In this document: positions 12,901-25,348 of the stretch, one piece after another
Layout of the letters: every line of letters begins with the position of its first letter
How positions within the stretch are numbered: the first letter of the stretch is position 1
Source of the DNA: Cyanophora paradoxa CCMP329
Taxonomy: Eukaryota; Plantae; Glaucophyta
Direction of reading: 5' to 3'
Length of the DNA stretch: 64,000 nt
Assembly (NCBI GenBank): GCA_004431415.1
Contig: QPMI01000159.1
Location: 62,001-126,000, forward strand
Made by a program: the position numbers and the translations under genes
Notes under the pieces: generated by a model
What the model saw: the letters and a program-made list of their open reading frames with translations, nothing else
Databases searched by the model: none
What the model was told of the DNA's origin: nothing

Positions 12901-14469
12901 AATGCCTCATGGTCGAAGTGGGACGAGCAGTACGACTGCGCGTACCCCGACTGGTGCTTCCGCACGCTGGCCAGAGAGGGCGGTCGGGTACAGCGACGGG
13001 GAGCGGAGGGGTACCGCACCAGTGGGAGAACAGCTGCGAGACGCGGTACCCGATTTCCGCGTTGGCCTCGGCGCTGGCGAAGGGTACCGGTTCGCCCTCC
13101 GGATCGGGCCATCCCAGCTCCCTCACGCGCCTGCGGAGCGGGGGGTTCAGGACTTGGAGGAAGGGGGCGGGGAGGGGGTACGGGGGCCGCGCCTGCCGAG
13201 CTCGGCGACCTCGTGGGGCTCGAGGGGGCGGAGGCGGCCCAGGAAGGCCCGTACCCGGGCCGTGCTCGAGATGAATGACAGCAGGACCTGGGGGGTACAC
13301 GCTCGCCCCGCTTCGAGGGCGCGGGGCGGGCCCCTCACCTCGGGGATCGAAAGCCAGGTGGGCGATCTGGGCGGGGGGTACAACTCAAAATGGCGGCGGT
13401 GGGGCGGAAGGGCAGCGCTCGAGCGGCTCACTCGGGGTCGGGCATCAGCTGCGGCGAGGGGGGTACGTCAGTCGCGGCGGAGCGAGATGCAGTACCCGGC
13501 GCGCCCACCTGGGTATACGTGGCGAGGTCTGCGCAGACGGCGTCGACCGTGAGGTAGTCGCGCATGAGGGTGCACAGCTCGTCCGTGGCCTTCTGCGGGG
13601 GTACGGGCCTCGCCCGGGGCGCCGGGGGGGGGGGGGGGGGGCGGGGGGGGGGGTACGGCACCGCGGTGAAGGCCTGGAGGTTCGCGAGCATCTGGTCCCG
13701 CGTGAGGCCGTCCTCGCGGGCCGGCGCCGCGGGGTCCATCTCCGCCAGCTCCTGCGCCGCCTCAGCGCCGGCCCCGGGCGGGGCCCGGGGGCGGGCGGGG
13801 GGCGGGGGGCGGGCGCGCCAGGCGGAGGGCTTCGGCCTCCTCGAGGGCCTCCTCGAGCGCCTCGCTCCGCTCCTCCAGCCGCCACCCGGCGACCGCCGCC
13901 CGCACCAGCGCCACGTCCCGCTCCAGCCGCCGGCACTCCTGCCCGCCGTACTCCCCGCAGATCAAATCGTACGCCGAGTTCCACACCAGGCTTCCCTGCA
14001 CCAGATCGCTCTCGTCGCTGCCCGGCGGCGGCTCCGGCGGCTCCGGCAGCTCCGCGCCGGCGAAGTTGCTCGACTGCGAAGACAGCCGCCGCGCGTGCAG
14101 CCGCCCCGCCGGCGGCGCAAGGGAACCCGCAGCCCGCTGCGCCGACGGCGCTTCGATGCCTGATGAGAGAGCCCGCGCATGGGACGGCCTCCTCGCCGCG
14201 CGCTCATCGGGCCGCCACAAGGGCGCGAGCTCCGCCGGTCGCCCGAGCGTCGCAGCCGCTGTTGGCCTGAGCGCTCGCGCCGCCTCGCCACGCAGCTGCA
14301 ACCAATTCACGGGCTTCCTGATGTCGATGCCGCCGGCGAGGCGCGCGATGGTCCGTGCGCCGATCGTCGGCCACGTCTTGAGCGCAGCGCAGCCGCGTCT
14401 GCTGCCGGCGCGCATAGTGGCGAGCCACCGCACGCCGCTGGAGCTGGCGAGGCGGTTGCCGCGGTTCAT
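9993..14469 (-). CDS. Hypothetical helical protein, multi-exon
   Basis: Chain of exon-like segments with GT/GC-AG borders, e.g. DLICGEYGGQECRRLERDVALVR, KATDELCTLMRDYLTVDAVCADLATYTQ, VRKHQSGYAQSYCSSHFDHE, ARRLVRLGLFLPALHDFQR, ending ALVAALASESA*. No family recognised and start uncertain. Confidence 0.55.
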
Positions 14470-15580
14470 GTTGGCGGGTACAGGAGATCGATGGGGGGTT
14501 GCCCATTCCCGGCTTCAATCTGAGCTGAGCCGCGTCGCCGTAGCGTGTTTAAGCGCTCGGAGATGCACACTGGAGTAGCGAGGCTCAGCATAGGGACGTC
14601 GACAGCAAGCTTGAAACCGGCCGCTCGCGCCAAGCGCGAGGCGTGCGCATGCGCTGCTGCCGCGGTGAGTGAGCCAGCGTGCTTTTCGAAGCACTCGCGC
14701 TTTACAGGGGACTCGTGGAACGCTAGCGCTGAGCGCTGTACACCGTCCCCGCGCGCGCTGTGAGATGCATATGGATATGCAGGCCTGCTGCTGATTCCGT
14801 GATTGGATGCAGCGACAGCGATTGCGAGTTGAGCGGCGCTCGCGGCCCGCATTGCGGACGAGCTCGAGGCCTCGGCCTAGCTAGCGCTATATAGGGGCGG
14901 CCGCGGCCGGAGCTCGAGGCTAGGCAGGCGTCGCCTAGCCTGCAGCTGCAGGCATGCGCAGGCCATGGCCATGCGGGAGAGCGCCAATATCTCCCACAGC
15001 GGGTGCCCTCGCGTTCTGCATGCGCACCTGACCCTCGAGCTCGCCCCGCGGCCGCCGCTGCCGCTGGCCATGGCAGCTGCAGCGGGCGCGATATCGATAT
15101 CGACGCCGCCGCGGAGGCCTCGGGCCCCGCCGTCGCCCGCCGTACGCGTCTTACGCGGGCCCCGCCGTCGCCCGCCGTCAGATTCTTCCCGCAATACTGG
15201 AAATCCCCCCCTGCTCGCCTAGCTGGCCTTGTACGTATACCCGGCCGCGGCCCGTGCGGCTGAGGCGCTCAGGCTGCAGTTGATCGACCTCAAACTCGGT
15301 AACTCATGATCACGACCTTCGCCCAGGCCCCTCGAGCTCCCGCGCGCGAAGCCCATCGCGCACCCCGTACCTATTCGCCATCGCGTACCCCACAGGAAAA
15401 AGCCGCTTCTTCAAGCCCTTCGAGGTTAGCCCTTTGAGGTGAGCATTCCCCCTCACTTCCCCCTCTAAATCCGGCACCACAGGAGAGCTACGGATTAGCG
15501 TGGCGACGTACGATCTGTCGGGACTCTCGAAGGCCTTCTACATCTCCGTATCCCGTTACGCGTGCCCCCCCCCCCCCCTC

Positions 15581-15664
15581 CTCCCTTCCCGGAGCCCCTT
15601 CTCTATAGCTAGTCCAGCGCCGGCGCGGCACATGTACTGCCGCCCCCCGGCGCCTTTGCGCGCC
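15581..15664. repeat. Dispersed ~85-bp repeat, second copy at 24918-25003
   Basis: ctcccttcccggagcccctt...tagctagtccagcgccggcgcggca...ctgccgccccccggcgcctttgcgcgcc is present at both sites with small indels, each preceded by a poly-C tract. Confidence 0.8.
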
Positions 15665-16321
15665 TCCGAGGCTCGAACGCGAAGAGGACGCGGCGGGGGC
15701 GGGCAATTGCAAGCGTTACATGCTAGCAGCGCCAGCGCCGAGGGTTCAACGGTTGGCAGGCCGGGCGGGCAAGCAGGGCCGGCGGGCCGCGGGCGAGGCA
15801 GGGAATTCGAATTCGATCGAACTATCATAGTATGCAAGGCAGGGAATTCGAATTCGATCGAATTCAATATTGAATTGCAAGTTCGATCGAACTATCATAG
15901 TATGCGTTACATTGAGTCTGGCGCGCAGCGGCGCGGCGAAGCCAGGCCGACTGGAAACAGCGGGACTCCGGGAAAGAGAAAAACTGTCAAGATCAAATAC
16001 AATCAAATACAAATACATGCGTAGATACTGTACTGCGTTGTTTCAAGCTTTGATTTCGAAGCTTGAAATATTCTGGCGCGAAAAGCAAAGGGCGAATGGA
16101 AAGTTATTATGTTCTAAGATATATATAGTAGGATGGCGCGCGCGCGCGCCACATAGTGCCTGCATCGCAGGAAGCAGACCGTCGGACACGCCTACTGCGG
16201 GGGAGCGCCGAGCTGTGCGCCCGACCGGCGCTCCCGCAGCGTGATAGTTATAAGGAAAAGCCGGGAGAAAGTGAGGTGGGATGGGATCCGCTCCGCTCAG
16301 CTGCAGGGCGATCCGAGCCCC

Positions 16322-18817
16322 TTAAGGGAAGTCTTCAGAATCGGGGAATTGCGCCTCGGGCCCCGGAAACGGCGGCTCGGGCCCGGGGGGCGGCGTTTCG
16401 GACGCGGGCGCGGACGCCCCCGGCGGGCGGGGCGCCAGGGGCCGAAGCGCGGGGGGAAACTGCGGGTGCGACCGGCTCGCCGCGGAGGAGCGATGTTTCG
16501 GGGGTTTGGGTGCTGCGGGGGTGCGGGGCTTGTACGCTTTTCCGGGGGGAGGGGCGTCCCTCTCTGGGCGGGGCATGCCCGGGATGGCGGGGAGGATAGG
16601 GCGCAGCTGGCGCTGCGTTGAGGGCTGCGGGCTCTCGGCGGGCGCCGCCGGCACCGCCCGCTCCGCAAGAACGTAAACCGGGATCCAGAACTGCGCGGTT
16701 GGCTGGATAGGGAGCCGAGGCCCCGCCCCCACCTCGCCCTGCGTTTCAGGCTGGGGCTGGACCTGTGGCTGTGGCTGGGGCTGGGGCTGGGGCTGGGGCT
16801 GGGGCTGGAGCTGGGGTTGCGGCTGGGGCTGGAGCTGGGGTTGCGGCTGAGGCTGGGGCTGGGGCTGGGACTGCTGGGGCTGGGACTGGGGCTGTGGGGT
16901 ACAGAGGCGCTTGCGGGGGAGGGGCGCGGCGGCCTCCGCGTCGTCCCCGTGGGCCCTATGCTTGCCCTCGGGTGCCCGGGGCAGGCGGGGGGCCCGCCCG
17001 GGGAAGGAGCCTGGCGCCGGCTCCAGCTGGGGGGCCGCCGCCGCCGTCTCCCCGGGGTGCAGCGACATCGAATCCAGGCGCAGGGCGAGATCCAGCGAGG
17101 CCCGCGCCGCCTCCCAGGTCTGGGGTACGGCGCTGGAGTTGAGGGTTGAGGAGAGACAGGGGGGTACGCAGCACCTCGGAGCGGTAGGCGAGTTTCTGGT
17201 ACTCCTCGAACTCGGGTACGACGCGCTGATTGAAGAGATGCAGGGGGCGCGCCGCCTCGCCGGGGTTCTCGTGCTGCGGAGGCCCGCGCGGGCGCGTTCA
17301 GAGGCAGGGTGCTGGGGGGCGCCCGCGGGGCGGGGGGGGGAGGGGGGGTACCGACCTCGACGCCGATGAAGTCGTAGTAGAGGCGGTTGAAGGTGACGTC
17401 ACCAGCATCGCCGATCGAGGATGGTGGGGGGGGAGGGAAGGCCCTCAGGTGAGCCTCCGAGAGCTCGGGTTCGGGGGCGGACGGGCGCGACTTCGGAAGG
17501 GGCGGCGGCGGGGGCGGGGGCGGGGGTGGGGGCGGGGACTGGGGCGCCGGAGGGGCGGGCTTGGGCCCCGGGCGGGCAGTGAAGGAGGAGGAGCCGGAGA
17601 GGAAGGGGAGGGGTACGCCCTTGTTGGGCGAGAGCGGGCCGGCCCCGCCGGCGGCCGAGAAGCCCGCCAGCACGCACCGCTGGATCGCCGCCACCTGCTT
17701 AGCCTGGATGCCGGCCACAAGGTGTGTCGTGACTGCGACGAAAGTGAGGCGGGGGCGGGCCGGAGGGAGGAGGTGGAGGGGGGTACGGGAGTCTGGTAGC
17801 AGGTCGGGGAGCCAGCTCTTGAAGCGGCGCTCGAGGAAGAGGTACGTGAAGCGGCAACCAACCGGCGCCGCCCGCACGTGCCACACGCAGAGGCTCTGCA
17901 GCTTCCGCTCGTACCCCTCCGTCGTCCTGCGGGGGGTGGGGGGGAAGGGGGGGAAGGGGAAGGGGGGGAGGGCGCACGGGAGGTCGCGCTCAGGATGAGG
18001 CAAGGGAGGCAAGGGGACAGGGCTTCCGGGGGTACGAAGCACGCACCACTGCCCGTCGCGGAGCTCCGCGGCCACTTTGACGGCACACGCGCTGCCGTCG
18101 GACAGCCTGCGATAGCCGGCTCGAGCCGCGCGGGGCAGGGGGGCGTGGCGTGGGCGGGCGCGGCACGCCTGCGGCTCGCGAATATGCGCTCCGTCTCCAG
18201 CCGGACGGCTGCGGGCGCGCGCGCAGGTCAGCCTACGAGGGGGGCGGGGCCGGGGGACCGGGGGGCCGGGGGGGTACGGGCGCGCCGAAGAAGGAGGCGC
18301 AGTGGTCGAGGGCGAGGACGCGGCCGAGGGCGTCCGGGTCGTCGGGGTCGGGCCCCCGCAGCTCCTCCAGCACCTGCTCGCGCACCAGGAAGTCCGGCGT
18401 GAAGTCCTGACGCGCCGCCGCGCTCTCAGGCGAGGCGAGGGGAAGGTCGGGAGAGGGGCGGGGGGCGGACCCGGGCGCGCGAGACGGAGCAGATGGCGCG
18501 GGCGGCGAACGAAGCGTCCAGGCCCGGCGCGGCGCCCGAGAAGTCGATCTCCGCGCGGTAGAGGTACAGGTGCTCCTCCAGGCGGCTGCCGGCGGCGCGT
18601 CAGGAAAAGGCCGCGTGCGTGCGGCGCGGCCGAGGGCGCGGAATCGAGCGCACTGGACGTAGACGTGCAGTTGCTTCGTAGGCTTGAGCGCAACCTTCCA
18701 TTTCGCGTCCGGGATCGACAGATAGCCCTCGGTGACGGCGAAGACGTGGTCCAGGTGCGCGTCGTCGAAGCGCCCGCAGGTGCGGCCCTCGGCCCTCGCG
18801 GCGCCAGCGGCACGCAT
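16322..18817 (-). CDS. Possible START/SRPBCC-like lipid-binding domain protein with Pro-rich and (QP)n low-complexity C-terminus
   Basis: Exons [58 protein letters not shown] resemble the START pattern (W..../Y....C..TY.....GWLP). A (CTGGGG)n run at 16750-16895 encodes QPQPQP on the minus strand. Confidence 0.45.
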
Positions 18818-19744
18818 CGCTCCGTCGGCCCGCTATTAGCCGCCGCCCGCCGACGGCGCTCGGGCGTCCGATGGCCAGGCGTTGCAGGCCCTAGCGCTAG
18901 CCGTGCGCATGCGTGCTCGCTGTCACTGGCTCATCAGAGCAGTCGCTGAACGCGCAGCGCGGCGCTACTAGCAACGTTTTAACAGTGCGCATGCCAGCAA
19001 CCGCTGAGCCTCGGAGCATTTCCTGCAGGCTGCAGCTGCAGCTGGCGGAATCCAGACGGGAAAAACATCAGCTTACCGGGGTACCCCGCTTAACTACAGT
19101 GACGTAGCCCGCTTACCTACCCCGCTTGCGAAAGCCGGCTAATCAGGTCCCCTCAAGCTCGATAATTAAACTGTACCCAAAAGCATGGGGCAAGTTCCAC
19201 GTACCTAGACTCCTAGCTAATAATTTATAATAGTAGCTATCGTCTATAGACCGACGCGACGTCGACGCCGGGCGCAGGGTTCCGGCCGAAAACTTTTTCG
19301 AAAAATAAAACAAAATTTTTTTTAAAGTTTTTGCAAAATTTTTTGGTCTCGGCTGGCCATGGACGCTCAAAAAATTTTGCACGAGAAAATATTCGGGGGG
19401 CCCTTTTGTCGTGCAGAACACGTCGTAATAAGCTTCCTATACGTATCTCTTGCATGTATAATGAAGTTTAAGCGATAAGCAATGCGATAGGGGCACTCTG
19501 CACGTCGATAAGGGTCAGACTCTGAGACCTCACTGTACCCCTGGAGAGCCCTAGGAAATTCATGAGTGTGCCTTCGCCCAAATGGGCTCGAAATAAAACT
19601 TCTAACCACTTCCCATGCTACAAGAATGTTAAGAGGACCTTAAGAGCGCGTTTAGAGCGCGTTTTCGCGCCTCTGGAACGTGCCTTCTCGTTTGTATGGC
19701 AAAAATTTTTCAAAAATTTTTTAAAAATTTTTAAAAATTTTTAA

Positions 19745-21510
19745 CAAGCCCACACTCACGTGTGGTAAGCCCTGCCAATGCATGCCTGCTATGTCAGCCT
19801 CCCTGTCTCAGAGAGTCTGTCTTAGCGTCAATGAGGCCAAGTGGGCAGCGCTCCGACGCTGCGCCCCACCCGGCGAGCCATGGCGCCCGGCGGCTGCCCC
19901 GAGCGCCTCCGATCCGCTCCGTCCGGCGAGCCTCGCCGCCGCCCCTGGCGCCTCCGCCCCATCCACCAAGTCATTCCGCCAGGCCGCCGAGCTCCGGGAT
20001 CCGAGGCTGAGCTCCGCCCGGCGAGCCAGGGTGCCCGGCCCGGCGGCGGCTGCGCGCCGCGCTTCCGCTCCAGGCCGTCGCAGCCCCTCGCCACGCCTCT
20101 ACATGCATATGTACATGTACACCGCCGAGCCGTGGGTTCTTAATTATAAGCTTGCGTGTGCGAAAGGTTGGGCTTTCTCGAAGCCCCCCCGGCCCGCCGC
20201 CTCCTATTCATTGCCGCCATATATATATATATATTGGTCGGTGGAGCTTGAGCTCGAGGTGAGATCTAGAGGGGGAAAACAAATAGCTCGAGCTCGAGGT
20301 GAGATCGAGCTCGAGGTGAGATCTAGAGGGAAATATATATGCATATATATACATTTCCCCCCCTAGATCTCACCTCGAGCTCGAGCTCGTCATCATTAAG
20401 GGGAGGAGCGAGGTTCCTGTGGCCAGGCGCATTTGGAGAGCCAGGCCTAGGCTGCGGAGGCGAGGGCGCATATGCATGGAAATATGTGCAGGCCAGTGCA
20501 GGATCGAAATTTTGGCGTCGGCTGGGTTGTTGTGCTCTTTCGCCCCCAGAGTGCTTGCGCAAAGCTTGGAAAAGCTCTCAAATGAATTCTGTAGGGGTGG
20601 GCATGCGTGAGGATGTGAGGGCGCACGGAAAGATGGGCAGGTTCGTCGACGTCAAGGATCGAATTTTCGGGGTCGGCTGGGTCCTCGCGGCCCGGCGCAT
20701 TTGAAAAGCGCGCGGAATGCTTCGTCTACATCTCAAATGCTTATACTATTGTTCGGCGCATGCGCCGCGGCCTGGGCGCGCGGAAAGATGTCCGGGCCTG
20801 TGCAGGAACGAATTTTCGCCGCCGGGTGCCTTCCTGCACTGTTCCGGCTCCGAAAAGCGGATCTCTGGAGTGCGCAGGCCGTGCTATGTCTATGCGCGCG
20901 AGAACGCATCGATTGCGCGCGTCGCGGGACCGGACGGGACCGGCTGGGTCAAACTTTTGGCCGACTCTTCGCAGTGGAGTGTCGACGGCGGCCGAAATCG
21001 AGCTTGCAGCGGTGCGCGCGCTCTCGGCTCTCTTTCTGTACCGCTCTGGGGCGTCGCTGGCGCGCTTTCGTCGCGGGACCGGGCGCGACTGGGTCCCACT
21101 TTTAGGAGTTTCGCGATCGAACCGGGGTATAAATACCGGAATCGATCCGCGTGAGAAATTCGATTTTCGCCCGACGCCCACGGGAGAGCGGTCGTCTTAG
21201 GGGAGTCAGGATCGAAATTGATTCATGACAGCTAGCGCTGTCGAGATTGCAGCGTACAAGTTCGAGATTCGATCTACGAGAGAGAGTGGATGGAAAGTCG
21301 CGTGACGTCATTGTCGAGGTGAGTGCGTGAATTGATTCAGGGCGGGTAGTGGGCGAACACGCGGGACGGATGTGACCCGGACGTGACCCTTAATTTCGTT
21401 CGCCGACCCGGATTTCCGACGACCCGGATTTCCGAAATTGGCAGGGCTAAAATGTTTTGGGGGTCTCCTGGGCCCACAAAAAATTTTGGAACTCTGGCCG
21501 GGCGCCGTGA
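19745..21510 (-). mobile_element. Non-autonomous Helitron-like unit A (diverged)
   Basis: On the minus strand it starts TC (TCACGGCG..) and ends with hairpin CCACAC-GTGA-GTGTGG then GCTTG. The internal 20390-21220 is homologous to units B and C. Confidence 0.5.
20244..20388. repeat. Small foldback/MITE-like element with 35-bp inverted repeats
   Basis: GAGCTTGAGCTCGAGGTGAGATCTAGAGGGGGAAA (20244-20278) against the reverse complement of 20354-20388 (2 mismatches). Internal extra copies of GAGCTCGAGGTGAGATC and an (AT)n core. Confidence 0.7.
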
Positions 21511-23076
21511 CAAGATCCGTGCTCCTGCGGAGCACTAAGTACGGCGAAGCCTCGCGGACGCCCTTGCGGCTGTCACAGTTTATAATTAGGCGGCCAGCTG
21601 CAGCCCCGTCCAGCGCTGGCCCGCGGCCGGGCTTCGCCGGCTTGGACATGGGCCACATGGCCCGATATAGCCAGCTCGAGGGAGACCTGTTAGGGGAGAA
21701 GTTGGACCGGTAACGCTTGCTTTTAACTGGTGGAGCAGATTGAGAGGAGATTAATTTAATATTAATATATTGTTGGGGGGGGGGGGGGGGGGGGGGGGCG
21801 GGGTTCTCGCAGCCAGGCGCATGCGCGCGCAGAGCTTGGAAATCGCGTAAACAGAATCTCGAATGCATATATATGGGCTGCGGAGGCAAGGGCGCGAGGA
21901 AAGACGCGTACGTGCAGGTCCATGCAGGATCGAATTTTCAGGGTCGGCTGGATTCTCGCGCCCTGTCGCGTCTTCGGAGCTCGGGAAAAGCTTAACAAAG
22001 ATATCAAATTACTATTTTAGCGATGTTCAGGTCTGTAGAGGATCGAATTTTCGGGGTCGGCTGGGCCCTCGCGGCCCGGCACATCTGTAAAGCGTGCGAA
22101 ACGCTTGATCTACATCTCAGATGCTTATGCTATTGTTCCGCGCATGCGCCGCGGCGTGGGCGCGCGGAAAGATGTCCGGGTCCGTGCAGGATCGAATTTT
22201 TGCCGTCGGCTGGGTTCTCGTGCTTTTTCGCGTCTTCGAAGCTTGCGAAAGGCTTTTAAAAGATCTCAGATGAATATTGAAGCGATGCCCGTGCATGAGG
22301 ACGCGAGGGCGCGCGGAAAGATGTTCAGGTCCGTCCAGGATCGAATTTTCGGGGTCGGCTGGGTTCTCGCGGCCCGGCGCATCTGTAAAGCGTGCGGAAT
22401 GCTTCCTCTACATCTTAAATGGTTATGCTATCATTCCGCGCATGCGCCGCGGCGTGGGCGCGCGGAAAGATGTCCGGGTCTGTCCAGGATCGAATTTTTG
22501 CTGTCCGGTACCTTCCTGCGCTGCTCCGGGTTCGAAAAGCGGATTTCGGGGGTGTGCAGGCCCTGCTATGTCTCTGCGCGCCCGTACGCATCGATTGCGC
22601 GCGTCGCGGGACCGGCCGGAACCGGCCGGATCAAATTTTCGGCCGACTCTTCGCACTGGAGCGTCGACGGCGCCCGAAATCGAGTTTGCGGCGATGCGCT
22701 CGCCCTCGCGCGTCATTCTGTATCGTTCTGGGGCGTCCCTGGCGCGATTTCGTCGCGGGACCGGGCGGGACCGGGTCCCACCTTCGGACTCGGACTGCAT
22801 TTGTCGGAGGTTAAGTACCGGAATTGATCCAGAGGGAAATTCGATTTTCGCGCGACGCCCACGGGAGAGCGGTCGTCTTAGGGGAGCCAGGACGCTAAAA
22901 ATGGCTGTGTGGGAGTTCGGGCAGCTGTGTAGTCTAGAGCAATCGCGTCGGTGTCGAGGCAGAATTAATAATTCGTCCTCGAGGGAGTGCGACACGGAAA
23001 TTATTTAGCATGGGGGATCTCGAGTGGAAAAAAAGGTTAAAAAAGGAATTTCGGTCGTCGGTTTTTGGTTTTGAGA
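21511..23076 (-). mobile_element. Non-autonomous Helitron-like unit B
   Basis: Minus strand starts TCTCAAAACC and ends GTGCTCC-GCA-GGAGCAC-GGAT-CTTG. Internal subrepeats GCGCGCGGAAAGATGT..CAGGATCGAATTTT. No coding capacity. Confidence 0.6.
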
Positions 23077-24388
23077 CAAGATCCGTGCTCCTGCGGAGCA
23101 CTAAGTACGGCGAAGCCTCGCGGACGCCCTCGCGGCTGTCACAGTAGGCCTATAGGGCACTGGCCAGCGGCCTGGCCGATCGCGAACAGCTTTCTGGCTA
23201 GAAGCTGGCTGGCTGACGGCCAGTCCAGCTAGTGCTGGTCGGCTAGAGGAATATTAATGCCATGATGTACTGAGCGAGGAAATAATTAAAGGGTGGAGCA
23301 GATCGATCTAGATTGAGAGGAGATTAATTATATAATATTGTTGGGAAGGAGGCCCGGGAGGGGCGAGGTTCTCGCGGCCAGGCGCATGCACAGAGCTTGC
23401 GAATCGCTTAAAAAGAATCTCGAACGCATATAGCATCGATGTGCAGGTCTGCGGAGGCGAGGGCGCGCGGAAAGATGTGCAGGCGTGGCCAGGATCGAAT
23501 TTTTGCGTCGGCTGGATTGCCGCGCCCTGTCGCGTCCGCAGAGCTCGCGCAAAGCTTTACAAAGAGCTCAAATGAATATTGTAGCGATGCGCATGCGCGA
23601 GGATGCGAGGGCGCGCGGAAAGATGTGCAGGTCTGTAGAGGATCGAATTTTCGGGGTGGGCTGGGTCCCCGCGGCCCCGCGCATCTGTAAAGCGTGCGGA
23701 AGGTTTCTTCTACATCTCAAATGCTTATGTTATCGTTCCGCGCATGCGCCGCGGCGTGGGCGCGCGGAAAGATGTCCGGGCCCGTGCAGGATCGAATTTT
23801 TGCCATCGGGTACCTTCCTGCGCTGTTGCGGCTCCGAAAAGCGGATTTCGGGGGTGGGCAGGCCGTGCTATGTCTATGCGCGCCAGTACGCATGGATTGC
23901 GCGCGTCGCGGGACCGGCCGGAACCGGCCGGATCAAATTTTCGGCCGACTCTTCGCACTGGAGCGTCGACGGCGCCCGAAATCGAGTTTGCGGCGATGCG
24001 CTCGCCCTCGCGCGGCATTCTGTATCGTTCTGGGGCGTCCCTGGCGCGATTTCGTCGCGGGACCGGGCGCGACCGGGTCCCACCTTCTGACTCGGACTGC
24101 ATTTGTCGGAGGTTAAGTACCGGAATTGATCCAGAGGGAATTTCGATTTTCGCGCGACGCCCACGGGGGAGCGGTCGTCTTAGGGGAGTCAGGACGCTAA
24201 AAATGGATCTAGAGAGGTCTGTGGGGGTTAGGGTAGCTGAGTCATTAGCAACAATCGCGTCGGTGTCGAGGCAGAATTAATAATTCTGCCTCGAGGGAGT
24301 GCGACACGGAAATTATTTAGCAGGGGGGATCTCGAGTGGAAAAAAAGGTTAAAAAAGGAATTCCGCTCGTCGGTTTTTGGGTTTGAGA
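23077..24388 (-). mobile_element. Non-autonomous Helitron-like unit C
   Basis: Near-identical to unit B over most of its length, with the same 69-bp terminal box (23077-23145 vs 21511-21579) and the same TCTCAAA start. Abuts unit B with no spacer. Confidence 0.6.
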
Positions 24389-25348
24389 AAGAGGCTTCGC
24401 CTGAAAGAGGCTTCGCCTGATATCGAATCTTATCGATCATGATCATGAATTCGAAATTCGAATTCGAAGCTGAAGCTTAATTACTAAGCCTTGAAGTCAA
24501 GGAGCCTGGCCATGGGACCTGTGCGCGCAGGGCGCGCAGCCCAGTGGCGATCGCGAGCTCCAGGCCAAGCTCAGCGGCTATCATAGGCCCGGCGGCCCGC
24601 GGCTCCTGAGGAACCAAGCCCGGCTGCTTCAATATTAATTGCAATGCGCATGCAGCAATTAATTGCAAGCTGACTCACGACTCGCGCTAGCTATATAGCG
24701 CTCGCGCGCGCCCCGCTCGTCTTAGGATGTGCAAGGTGGGGTCTAAATAATAGAGACAGCATCTAGATCTGCAGCTAACCCTCGATCTCGCAGCCGAGCG
24801 AAAAACCAAATTAAAATATATATAAAAGGCCGCGCAGAACAAATTCAAAAGCCCCGCGCGCGCGCTGCGCCCGCCCCCCCCCTCCCCCCCCTCCCCCCCC
24901 CCCCTTCCTCCTCCCTTCTCCCTTCCCGGAGCCCCTTCAAGGCTTCTCTGTAGCTAGTCCAGCGCCGGCGCGGCACTGCCGCCCCCCGGCGCCTTTGCGC
25001 GCCGGCCCCGGCCCCGGCCCCTTGCAATTGGGAGCTCAGCGGCTCGAGCCTTGTGATCAGGGCCTCAGGGCCTGCGAGCCCGGGGCCCGGGCGACGAATA
25101 CGTGTACGCAGGCCTAGGGCCCCGCGGCCGCGGCCCGGGGGCGCCCTAGCTACGCCTATGTACTACGGTACACGCGGGGCCGGGCCTTCCATTTCTTTCC
25201 GAAATTCATGAGCTCGAGGCGTTGAGCTCTCATGATCACCCAGGCTGCAGCTGGCAGCTGCGGATGCAGTGAATTCCGCAGCTCCGAAAGATCATGACTT
25301 CCGACACAAACGTGCACAGCGGCGCCGGGCGCGACGACTGCCCGGCCC

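Noticed and set aside
14965-15560. Possible small multi-microexon gene or remnant (IDLKL, GKSRFFKPFE, VATYDLSGLSKAFYIS)
   Set aside because: Splice-like signals exist, but I could not assemble a consistent reading frame or recognise a family.
20390-24200. Recurring GCGCGGAAAGATGT..GGATCGAATTTT motif as a possible CRISPR-like array
   Set aside because: The intervening segments are homologous to each other and spacing is irregular, there are no cas genes, and the context is eukaryotic. These are subrepeats of the Helitron-like units.
22105-24280. ORFs of 140-243 aa within the repeat units
   Set aside because: No recognisable motifs and frames are not preserved between copies; treated as non-coding.
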